This document shows positions 48,403 to 57,441 of a stretch of 64,000 bases of DNA, in pieces; the stretch's first letter is position 1; each line of letters starts with the position of its first letter. The DNA comes from Promethearchaeia archaeon (GTDB lineage: Archaea > Asgardarchaeota > Lokiarchaeia > Sigyniarchaeales > SOKP01), in assembly GCA_046483985.1 (NCBI GenBank), contig JAWOCD010000085.1:1-64000 (forward strand). The letters run 5' to 3'. A program made the position numbers and the translations under genes. The notes beneath the pieces were generated by a model. It was not told the origin of the DNA. It made no database searches and saw nothing but the letters and a program-made list of their open reading frames with translations.

Positions 48403-48783
48403 GTGGGAAAAATAGGATTATTCTCAAAAGAGGAACAAAAAAAGTTTGATATCGAGGATAAATTCGAGAATGTTCAAATTTTAGTCGATAGCGACAGATC
48501 GAAGGAGGCGATCGCATATATTTATTTAATTTACAATGATCTCATGAAACATGAATACGATAAACCACGACTTGCCCATCAAACTATTCGGGAATATGCG
48601 ATAAAATGTGTTAATGACCTAGATCAAAATCCTGGCTCCGTATATACTTTTATTAAAAAGATTGAAGATATTATTTATGGGGGCGTTGAGCCAACCATTC
48701 CAGAAATAAATAAGACGATAAATCTCTTTTCGTCCTTATACCAAGAAATCACCAATAAGAGTTTCTCTTATAATATTAAATAA
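48403..48783 (+). CDS. Stand-alone DUF4129-like protein
   Basis: QTIREYA...IEDIIYG; clear paralog of the C-terminal domain of the preceding gene. Confidence 0.7.
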   Translation: MGKIGLFSKEEQKKFDIEDKFENVQILVDSDRSKEAIAYIYLIYNDLMKHEYDKPRLAHQTIREYAIKCVNDLDQNPGSVYTFIKKIEDIIYGGVEPTIPEINKTINLFSSLYQEITNKSFSYNIK

Positions 48784-48846
48784 TCTTTTCATTATAATTA
48801 AAAAAGAAATTATAAAATTTAATCAAAACTGACTTTTGAGTGAACG

Positions 48847-50595
48847 ATGGCTATATTTAGTGGAAAACCTTCAGAAAAGAGTATTAATATTTCAAAGGGT
48901 ATATTATATGGGTTCTTTACCTTTTTTCTTGTCTTTTACGGGGTTATTCTTACCGTTTTCATTCAAGAGTTTGGAAGACAACATCCGGGAATTTTTCCCT
49001 ATTTTGTGAACTATTTCCCGCTTGTATGCTATATCGCCGCTATTTTCATGGGTCTCCGCTTTTTAATTTTTATTCGAAACAAAAGGACCAGGAAGGTCAG
49101 AGAAAAGCGTTCTCGAAAAAAACTCAAAAAGGGGTCTGTCTATCGAAAGGCGTTATTTTTAATTATTTTTATCTTTTCCTTTGTACCTCTCTTATCTCCG
49201 GTAATTGATCAAGGCAAGAACGACCATAATTTTTCTGCTTATAACGAGGGTTGGAACGGCGGTTCAGATTTTAAAGCCTTGGTAGAAGATGAGGGATATG
49301 AGACCTATAATGTTCAATCGAGTCTGAGTGCCACTCAACGTCTCAATAAATCAATGCTGTTAGTCTTATTTGGTCCCAATCAATTTTATAATCCAATCTA
49401 TGAGATTCCGTTTTTTATAAATTTTTTCGAAAATAATAATTCGCTCTTGCTCTTACACGATTTCGGGTCCACTAGTGCGCTGTTGTGGGAAATTTTTGCC
49501 GCAAACTTGGCAGATCCGAACGTAAAAGATAAAACTCCTGTAACTATCTTTCCAGATGGGGTTCTACGAGACAATGAATCATGTTTAGTGAACGAGGAAG
49601 GAAAAAAAGATCCCCAATTCCCGGTCGTAACGAACTTTCAATCGCATCCTACAACTGAGGGGGTGAATAATGTTCTTCTTGCTCGAGCATCCGCTGCCTT
49701 GGGGGGACCTTTTCTTGAGTACTTCGGCTGGAATCCGATTGCTTATACCAGCATGTATAGTTTTATTGATAAAAATGAAGATGGAGTATATAACATAGAA
49801 GACGATAATATTGATCTAAGTTTCATTGATAATGTGATAGGGGAAGACTTTCCATTAGATCTGAGTAAATTCCCTCTGGGGGGGTATCCGCAAACTCCGT
49901 TTATGAGTAAACAAGCGGATAACGTAAGACTTTTTGTCTCGGGGGATGCGAGTCTTTTCAATAATGATCTTTTGAACCGAGAAGAATTTGACAATGCACG
50001 GTTTGCTCGGAATATAATAAATTGGTTAACCTATGAAAATGGAGAGGATTGGATAGTTGTATTTGATGAAGCACATATTAGGCCTGAATATTCCCGAGAT
50101 TTGAGTTCTGCCGGCATTTTTGGGTTTATTATTCAATATGTGGTGCATTTATCTACTAATCCGATTACGGCATGGATTTATCCGCTGCTGGCCATTTATC
50201 TTTTACGAAAGTATCTTCCTAAAAAAAAGGAGAAGGAAAGGGAAGAAAAGGAGAAACAAGAAGAAGAGAAGAGAAAATTTAGGACATCCTCCTTTTTTGC
50301 ACGTAAAATTAAATGGTATCGTTCAAACCAAAAATTCGATAAAGCTCTCTTGCTTTTATACAGGCGTTTAGAGCGAAAACTTAATGCCCAATTGGGAGGG
50401 AAAAATATCACCACTGAAAATGTGATTAACATGGTTTCTGCAAAGGTTCCAAATATATCAAAACAGAAGTTGAAACGAATTGGTAAATTTATGAATAAAA
50501 TATTAGCAATAAAGAAAAACGAACTGGATGTTCAAGACCAGAAGGATTTTGAGAATTTATTCTTCGAAATGGAATGGGTTATGGAAAACATCTAA
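48847..50595 (+). CDS. DUF4350-like (GIFT/GldG-related) membrane protein
   Basis: Three N-terminal TMs; FSAYNEGWNGGSDF; LHDFG; SGDASLFNN...DNARFARNIINWL; VFDEAH; C-terminal TM and helical tail. Confidence 0.7.
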   Translation: MAIFSGKPSEKSINISKGILYGFFTFFLVFYGVILTVFIQEFGRQHPGIFPYFVNYFPLVCYIAAIFMGLRFLIFIRNKRTRKVREKRSRKKLKKGSVYRKALFLIIFIFSFVPLLSPVIDQGKNDHNFSAYNEGWNGGSDFKALVEDEGYETYNVQSSLSATQRLNKSMLLVLFGPNQFYNPIYEIPFFINFFENNNSLLLLHDFGSTSALLWEIFAANLADPNVKDKTPVTIFPDGVLRDNESCLVNEEGKKDPQFPVVTNFQSHPTTEGVNNVLLARASAALGGPFLEYFGWNPIAYTSMYSFIDKNEDGVYNIEDDNIDLSFIDNVIGEDFPLDLSKFPLGGYPQTPFMSKQADNVRLFVSGDASLFNNDLLNREEFDNARFARNIINWLTYENGEDWIVVFDEAHIRPEYSRDLSSAGIFGFIIQYVVHLSTNPITAWIYPLLAIYLLRKYLPKKKEKEREEKEKQEEEKRKFRTSSFFARKIKWYRSNQKFDKALLLLYRRLERKLNAQLGGKNITTENVINMVSAKVPNISKQKLKRIGKFMNKILAIKKNELDVQDQKDFENLFFEMEWVMENI

Positions 50596-50754
50596 GGTTT
50601 TCTAAAATTTCTTTTTCTTTTTTATTTTTACTTCTAAAAGTATAAACTAATCTCTCTTTTTTTTTAGCCACATAGATTTATAACGCAAAATTACCAAATA
50701 GACCAAGTTGATTGATTATGAACAATATCAAAAATGGGAGGAATAAAAAAATAT

Positions 50755-51732
50755 TTAAATCGGAACAGGAATTTCCTCTAAGATACTATTAATTACTCCC
50801 TTAACATCTAAACCCTCTAATTCCGCTTCGGGTTTTAGTAAAATACGATGATTTAAGGCGGGGATTGTTAAGGCTCGTACATCATCAGGGGTTACATAAT
50901 TCCTGCCAAGAATCGCTGCGCGCGCTTTTGAACATTTCATTAACACAAGCGATGCTCTTGGGCCTGCTCCCATATAAATCTGCGGATGATTTCGAGTCTT
51001 TAATGAGATGTCCCGGATATATTTAAGAATTCGTTGGTCAATATAGACTAAATTCATAAGATCTTGAGCTGCCAACAGCTCTTCAGCATCAGTTACTGGT
51101 TCAATTGAAGGTAAATGACCGCTGAGTTGCCTTGACATGATTTCAACCTCTTCATCTTGTTCTGGATAGTCTAACCAAAGCTTGAAAAGAAATCGGTCAA
51201 CTTGTGCTTCGGGGAGGGGGTATGTCCCTTCCATTTCCACGGGGTTCTCAGTTGCTACCACTAGAAAAGGTTTTTCTAGTTCTAATGTTTTCCCTTCAAT
51301 GGTTACTTGTCGTTCTGCCATCGCTTCGAGAAGTGCAGCTTGCGTTTTAGGGGCGCTCCGATTAATTTCATCCGCTAAGACTAAATTAGCAAACACTGGC
51401 CCCTTTTGAAGAACAAAACCTCCCTCATTTTGATCAAAGATTTTTGTACCAGTAATATCGGCCGGTAAGAGATCGGGGGTAAATTGAATTCTGGAAAATG
51501 AGATTCCAAGCGTTTTAGCAAAAGTTTTTGCCATCACCGTTTTACCGAGTCCAGGGACTCCTTCCAGTAACACATGACCATTAACTAAAAGGGCAATAAA
51601 TAATTGCTGCAAGATTTCCCCATTTCCAACAATAACTCGGCTAACTTCACTTAAAACTTCTTGAGCAATTTCACGAATCGGTGAAACATCTAATTCCTCT
51701 TGTTGTTCATAATATTGGGCTTTTTCAGCCAT
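50755..51732 (-). CDS. moxR: MoxR AAA+ ATPase (MoxR proper type)
   Basis: GHVLLEGVPGLGKT, RIQFTPDLLPADITG, LADEINRSAPKTQAALLEAMAERQVT, NPVEMEGTYPLPEAQVDRF. Confidence 0.95.
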   Translation of the reverse strand: MAEKAQYYEQQEELDVSPIREIAQEVLSEVSRVIVGNGEILQQLFIALLVNGHVLLEGVPGLGKTVMAKTFAKTLGISFSRIQFTPDLLPADITGTKIFDQNEGGFVLQKGPVFANLVLADEINRSAPKTQAALLEAMAERQVTIEGKTLELEKPFLVVATENPVEMEGTYPLPEAQVDRFLFKLWLDYPEQDEEVEIMSRQLSGHLPSIEPVTDAEELLAAQDLMNLVYIDQRILKYIRDISLKTRNHPQIYMGAGPRASLVLMKCSKARAAILGRNYVTPDDVRALTIPALNHRILLKPEAELEGLDVKGVINSILEEIPVPI

Positions 51733-51997
51733 TGAGAATTCACTTCTTTAAATCTTTACTTATCAATAAAAGATATTGATTTAATTTATATAATTATAAG
51801 ATAAATCAATTTTATATTTTTATTTTTTCGCGTTCGATTTCTTCAACAATCTATGCGCAATTCATAAAAAGTAAAAATATATAATTTATAATTATTATTA
51901 TAATTAAAAATAGAATTTCTCACAGTGAGAATAAAAAATATAAACCCATTTTTTTTAGGAACGGTGAAGTGATATTTTAGGTGGAAAAGGGCGCTTA

Positions 51998-53302
51998 TTG
52001 GTCATGTTTTCCATATTCTTTTTATGTGCGGGATTTGCATTTATCAATTATTTTTTGATCTTCTTTGCCATTTTATTATTATTCAGTACTATTATCAGTT
52101 TGCCCGTGTTTTATTATCAAACAAACATTGAAGAACTCAAAGTCCATCGCGAGCTTGAAAAGAAAAAGATTTTTAAAGACGATTTCGTCCATATTAAAGT
52201 AACCATAGAGAATATAGGAAATAGCAGTTTCGATTTTATAGAAATTCGTGATCAATTTAATCCAGAATTGTTTCGCCTTGTTTTGGGAGAAAATTTCATA
52301 TCAACCCGAATTGGAAGAAAGAGCACGATAAAATTTTCTTATGTGCTTGAACCGAAAGTGAGAGGAGAATATCCTTTAGGTCCACTCTCTGTAACGGTAA
52401 AAGATCGTTTGGGGTTTAACTCACTTGAGAGAGTTGTACCAGATAGTGTGACGGATATTTTGATTTATCCTCCTTATGAAGATATAAAACGGATTGAAAT
52501 TCTTGGATCAAAACGGTCATTGCAACTGAACTATGGAGCACAACGCTCCAAGCAGAAAGGTCTCGGAAGCGAGTTTTACGGAATGCGGAAATATGTTTTT
52601 GGTGATCAATTTCGCCTAATCGACTGGAAAGCATCTGTACGGACACAAAAACTAATTGTCAAAGAATTTGAATCAGAAAGAGATATCACCTGTATGATTT
52701 TGGTGGATTCTTCAAACAGTATGGCAGGTGGGGCAATAGATAATACTAAATTCGAATATGCCATACGTGCATGTATGTTATTAACAAAGGTGGCATTAAC
52801 AAGAAGAGACCAAGTGGGCGTATTTACCTTTTCAAATAATAAAAATATGAATCTTTCTGAGCCGAAGGGAGGAGAAGACCAGTTCTATCAAGTTTTAGAT
52901 GCAATTGCCAAGGTAAAACCAGAAGGACAGTGTAAATTTAGAGAATCTATGGACTATTTCACAAAACGCCACCAAAAACGGAGTTTAATTTTTATTATCT
53001 CTGATCTAGAACCAGATGTAAAAGACATCGTGGAGGGAGTCCGAAAACTTATTCCCTTTGACCATACCATAATAATGATTAATCCGTTTAGCCCATGGTT
53101 TGAGATTCATGAGACGGATTTATCTTCCACGGATAAAGCCCTTGCAGAGGCGATCTCCGAGGAGATGATGGAACATGTATTACATATAAAACAAGAGGTA
53201 CGAAATTTGGGAGTCAGTTTAATTCATGTAGGGCCAGACGATATGATGCAAAATACATTAACCAAGTATTTAGAGGCAAAAAAAAAGGGGAGGGCCTTCT
53301 GA
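51998..53302 (+). CDS. DUF58-domain protein (N-terminal TMs, Ig-like domain, VWA-like C-terminus)
   Basis: RGEYPLGP, GSEFYGMRKYVFGDQFRLIDWKAS, VKEFESE, VDSSNSM, IISD motifs. Confidence 0.9.
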   Translation: MVMFSIFFLCAGFAFINYFLIFFAILLLFSTIISLPVFYYQTNIEELKVHRELEKKKIFKDDFVHIKVTIENIGNSSFDFIEIRDQFNPELFRLVLGENFISTRIGRKSTIKFSYVLEPKVRGEYPLGPLSVTVKDRLGFNSLERVVPDSVTDILIYPPYEDIKRIEILGSKRSLQLNYGAQRSKQKGLGSEFYGMRKYVFGDQFRLIDWKASVRTQKLIVKEFESERDITCMILVDSSNSMAGGAIDNTKFEYAIRACMLLTKVALTRRDQVGVFTFSNNKNMNLSEPKGGEDQFYQVLDAIAKVKPEGQCKFRESMDYFTKRHQKRSLIFIISDLEPDVKDIVEGVRKLIPFDHTIIMINPFSPWFEIHETDLSSTDKALAEAISEEMMEHVLHIKQEVRNLGVSLIHVGPDDMMQNTLTKYLEAKKKGRAF

Positions 53303-53304
53303 TT

Positions 53305-54759
53305 ATGGCGAGATATTATTTAACCGTCTTGAATATTATAAACGCCTTAATTTTTATTTGGATTATTGTTCTTTTTAATTCTATTTTCAATTTCGATCTA
53401 GTCATCACCACCGCTGAAAACGAGTTAGTATTTTGGGATGTACTCATCGCCTTGCGAAATATTCTTACATATGGGGCATATTTATTTCTCTATATTGTGG
53501 CATATTTTACTGCGCTAATTGTAAGCGGAGTATTTAGCTCTTTTGCTTATTTTGAGACCAATTTTATGTTTAATTTTATCGGTTTCTTCTTTAAATTTTA
53601 TTTAGAATCGTGGTTTAATTTTCCAGGGGGAGAAACTCCCTCATTGATCAGGATTCCCGCATTAATGGCACAAGAAGCATCGGTATTTACTAATAATTTA
53701 TATTTGCTAATCTTCCAGATTTTATTTGTAATATCTGTATTCTATGCGATTCGCGCCATTTTTAAAAACGACGTGAAATATAATTTTATAGCAATTGGAA
53801 GTTTAGTTCTCATGATTGTTATGCCTTTAATGATTTTTGGATTTCGGGATATGTTACGCTTATTTACCTTAAAGGTTCCTTTTCTTGAAAATCTGGAAAA
53901 TCCAGTAGATCCAAGCCTCACTGAATTACCGCTTAATGATTTCTTTGGATTTATATTTAGTTCGATTTTCTTATTTGCCATAATCAGCTATATTTATTTG
54001 GAAATGGCTTTTCAGATTAGTTATATTGATACAGTCACCAAACCCAGTCTTGAGAGAGAAGACCGATTAGAGGCTCAAATTGATCTTCTACGCAAAGAAT
54101 CTGCTCATATTACAGCTAATGTTGATAAAATACGGGAGGAAGCACAACAAAGAAAAGAAGAGCTTGGCATTGAAAAAAAAGAATCTGTAAGAGAATTTTT
54201 TACCCAGAAAGAAGAAAGGTTTTCCTATGTAAAAGAGATGGTACGGCGTAAAAAATTGGAGGAAGAAGAGAAAAAATTGGTGACCGCAGCTTCCAAAACT
54301 CGCAGATTAGGTAGATATATTGATCGATTATTCCGTGAAGATCCGGAAGCTGAAGATGCCATCACAGCAAAGTCATCAGCGCCCACTCCCAAGAGTCTTG
54401 CATCGTCTACTGGTCTCAATTTTGCATTTCGATTAATTCTATTAATCTTTCTCAGTTATATTATTATTCATCCTCATTGGTTTTTTAAGGAAGTATTTAA
54501 TTTACCACCCTCTATTATTGAAAGTGTTTCAATGTATTCTCCCGAGGTTATCATTACTTTAATGATACCATTTGTTCTTTTATTTCCGGTAATTTCAAAG
54601 GTAATTTCCTATATTAAACATCGTAATCTAATCATTCGTTTGAAACAAGAAGGAAGAATCAAAGAGATTTTGGCTTCAGTCGGAGACTATGTAAAAAAAA
54701 TGGAGGAAGGAGAAGAAATAGCTCAAGAAGAAGATCTAGAGGAAGAAAGCGAAGAATAA
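53305..54759 (+). CDS. Polytopic membrane protein with cytoplasmic coiled coil
   Basis: About 8 hydrophobic segments flanking a charged coiled-coil loop; starts 2 bp after the DUF58 stop. Confidence 0.65.
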   Translation: MARYYLTVLNIINALIFIWIIVLFNSIFNFDLVITTAENELVFWDVLIALRNILTYGAYLFLYIVAYFTALIVSGVFSSFAYFETNFMFNFIGFFFKFYLESWFNFPGGETPSLIRIPALMAQEASVFTNNLYLLIFQILFVISVFYAIRAIFKNDVKYNFIAIGSLVLMIVMPLMIFGFRDMLRLFTLKVPFLENLENPVDPSLTELPLNDFFGFIFSSIFLFAIISYIYLEMAFQISYIDTVTKPSLEREDRLEAQIDLLRKESAHITANVDKIREEAQQRKEELGIEKKESVREFFTQKEERFSYVKEMVRRKKLEEEEKKLVTAASKTRRLGRYIDRLFREDPEAEDAITAKSSAPTPKSLASSTGLNFAFRLILLIFLSYIIIHPHWFFKEVFNLPPSIIESVSMYSPEVIITLMIPFVLLFPVISKVISYIKHRNLIIRLKQEGRIKEILASVGDYVKKMEEGEEIAQEEDLEEESEE

Positions 54760-54792
54760 TCCATAATTTCTTAACGTCTTAATTTGATGTCG

Positions 54793-55731
54793 CTATAAAT
54801 CTAAAATAAATTGCGCTAATTTTTTCTTTTTTTCCATATTAGTCATTAAGGTATCATAGCATGAGACTTTCATTCCTTTCTCTTTGATATTCGATTTTTG
54901 TTCGCGATCCTTTTCATCGATTACGAAGTGCCCTACAATATCGGCATAGTATTTTGCAACCCCCCCACAAGTTGCATCGTAACCCATCGCTTTCATCAAT
55001 TTATCGGCGGGTCCCTTTATTGTCCCCCCTTGTATAATCGGACTAACGGCATAGACTTTATTTTTAAATTCCCTTAGTTTATACCTTACTTCGCCAACCT
55101 GCAGTATGGTTCCTATTGATACAATAGGGTTCGACGGAGAGATTATAATCTTCGTTGCATTTTCCAAATATCTCATTACTTTCTCTTCTGGTTTAGCGTC
55201 GTTCATGCCCTTAAATTCCACATTAAGGATTTCGGGTTTACATTTATATTTAATATAATACTCCTCGAAATGCATCTTTCCTTTGGGAGTATCGATAAAC
55301 GTCTGAACGTTTTCATTACACATAGGGATAAGTTCGGCTGAGATATTTAATTTCTTACAAATTTTCTTAGTTACCTCTGCCTTGGTAAATCCTTTTTGTA
55401 ACATATCTGTTCGATATATATGCGTTGCTAAGTCTTTATCGCCGAGATTGAACCATCCTAAGTCATAATACTTCTTTAAGATTGAGAGACAATTAAAAGA
55501 TTCGCCTTGAAACCCCCATCCTTTATCTTTATCTACAAGGTTTGCTAAAGTATAAGTAATGATATCCAAATCAGGACATATTTTCAATCCAAATAACTCA
55601 ATATCATCTCCTGTATTAATAATGATTTTGAGTTTTTTAGGATCACAGACATGCCGCAATCCATCAAGAAATTTTGCCGCTCCGACTCCGCCTGCTAAGA
55701 TTACATAAAATTTATCTTCCATAAAATTCAT
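54793..55731 (-). CDS. cofD: 2-phospho-L-lactate/PEP transferase
   Basis: LAGGVGAAKFL, NTGDD, ICPDLD, WFNLGDKDLATH, HFEEY, PSNPIVSIG, KGPADKLM. Confidence 0.93.
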   Translation of the reverse strand: MNFMEDKFYVILAGGVGAAKFLDGLRHVCDPKKLKIIINTGDDIELFGLKICPDLDIITYTLANLVDKDKGWGFQGESFNCLSILKKYYDLGWFNLGDKDLATHIYRTDMLQKGFTKAEVTKKICKKLNISAELIPMCNENVQTFIDTPKGKMHFEEYYIKYKCKPEILNVEFKGMNDAKPEEKVMRYLENATKIIISPSNPIVSIGTILQVGEVRYKLREFKNKVYAVSPIIQGGTIKGPADKLMKAMGYDATCGGVAKYYADIVGHFVIDEKDREQKSNIKEKGMKVSCYDTLMTNMEKKKKLAQFILDL

Positions 55732-57146
55732 TTCTCGTTATTTAATTTATAAATAATTTCATTTAGATCCTTGCGATAAGGGGGTTTAATTTGTTTACGA
55801 GGACGTCCCACAGTGATAAAAGCCATGGGCTGAAAACTGGGAGGCAGATCTAAAAACTTTTTGACAATTTCCTTAGCAAATAAAGGAGCACAATACCAAC
55901 AAGATGCAAGACCCCTTGATTGGAGAGCAATCAGAAAATAAATTGCTGATGCGCTAACAGATTGTACTCCTAATAAAAATTCGTTCTCATTTCGTTTCTC
56001 ATCGGGATATGTTTCGAGGTCTCTTTCATCTAAAGAGAGTAAGATTAAATAAGGTGCAGCCAAAAAACGTGCCCGGGTTTTTTCAATTTTTTTAGAGATG
56101 AACTTCTCCTCCCTTCCGTCTGCTCTAAGATCCTTCCTTAGTTTCTCATTCATTCGATTTATTAATTGTTCCCGTAGTTTGCTCTTTTTTTTTAAGATGC
56201 TGTATCTCCAGAATTGGCCATTATGAGCGCTGGGAGCCCAACGAGCGATTTCTATACATTCCTCTATTAGGGCTTTATCCACTTCTTTTTGAGAAAAGGG
56301 TAATTTATAGCTCCTTCTTCTTTTTAATACCTTTTCGACTATGTCTTCTTGATTTTCTGGTCTAAAAAGATCTGATGATTTATCTCTGAGGATTGAGTTA
56401 ATAGATACATCTTCATCATACTTATATCTATATCCTCTAACGAGTACAACGGGATTTCCTTGGTCTCCTTCTCCCATGATTAACTGAGCTGCAGAGGCTA
56501 AATTATCCGCTTGCGCCACAATTGTACTCTTCAACTTATTTCCGTATAAATCTTTCTTTCCCCTCTCATCCTTTAGTGGACTAATCCCAGATATCCCTAT
56601 TGCGACTCCAACAGAACCAACTCGAAAGGGTCTTCCAAAAGAATCGGTAATAATCACGGAAATAGACTTATGAGTTTTTTGTTCTAATTTTTTTCGGATT
56701 TTATTTGCAATTTGATCAGAATTTGAGGGTAGGATAGTAACGAAGTCCTTCCCTTCAATATTTGATGCATCGATTCCTGCATTTGCACAGATAAACCCTT
56801 GCTCTGTCTCTGTTATAATTACATGTTCATATTTTAATACGTTTTTGCTTTCTTGTAAAATAAGTTCAATTAATTGGGGAGATTTAATTGGAAGGTCCCT
56901 TTTTTGCGCTTTTTCTTTTACTTTCTTATAGATTTTAAGAGCTTGCTGACTTGGATCTACTTTACTTAAATCTCGAGTATAATTCTCCGCTTTAGAAATA
57001 ATAGATTGGGCAATTAATAAAATATCTCCATCTTCTAAATTTCCATTCATTCCCTCTAAACTTTTTAAAATATGAGATACGATATTATTTCCGGATTTGA
57101 CCAATGGAAAGTTTTCCAATCCAATTAATTTAATTTTATTCTTCAT
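55728..57146 (-). CDS. cofE: F420-0:gamma-glutamyl ligase fused to a C-terminal nitroreductase domain (FbiB-like)
   Basis: ICANAGIDASN, DSFGRPFRVG, DERGKKDLYG, MGEGDQGNP; then RRRS, APSAHNGQFW and GLASCWYCAP nitroreductase motifs. Confidence 0.92.
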   Translation of the reverse strand: MKNKIKLIGLENFPLVKSGNNIVSHILKSLEGMNGNLEDGDILLIAQSIISKAENYTRDLSKVDPSQQALKIYKKVKEKAQKRDLPIKSPQLIELILQESKNVLKYEHVIITETEQGFICANAGIDASNIEGKDFVTILPSNSDQIANKIRKKLEQKTHKSISVIITDSFGRPFRVGSVGVAIGISGISPLKDERGKKDLYGNKLKSTIVAQADNLASAAQLIMGEGDQGNPVVLVRGYRYKYDEDVSINSILRDKSSDLFRPENQEDIVEKVLKRRRSYKLPFSQKEVDKALIEECIEIARWAPSAHNGQFWRYSILKKKSKLREQLINRMNEKLRKDLRADGREEKFISKKIEKTRARFLAAPYLILLSLDERDLETYPDEKRNENEFLLGVQSVSASAIYFLIALQSRGLASCWYCAPLFAKEIVKKFLDLPPSFQPMAFITVGRPRKQIKPPYRKDLNEIIYKLNNEK

Positions 57147-57158
57147 TTTGCTCTAATT

Positions 57159-57416
57159 TTATTTTTCTCCGACTTCTGGGGCGGAGTGGTAATTAATTTT
57201 ACAATCTAAAGCAACGCTGATATTATTTTGATTGTTCCCTATTACGGAAAAGGCTGCATCTGCAAGCGAATATATGGCACCACCATAGGGAGTTTTCTGG
57301 AAGTTAAGCCTATCCTCTCTTACTTTATCTTTTGTAAAGTTATCAAGTTTTATTCCAAATTGCTTAGCGTAGTTATCTTGCTTGAATTTTTCCTTTATTA
57401 TGTCTAAACTCTCCAT
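57159..57416 (-). pseudogene. Truncated PaaI-like hotdog thioesterase
   Basis: YGGAIYSLADAAF (HGG motif altered); only 85 aa, ending after INYHSAPEVGEK and lacking the last strands; apparent internal deletion after DKV. Confidence 0.65.
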
Positions 57417-57441
57417 GGTAATTTTACTCCTTCTTTTTATA

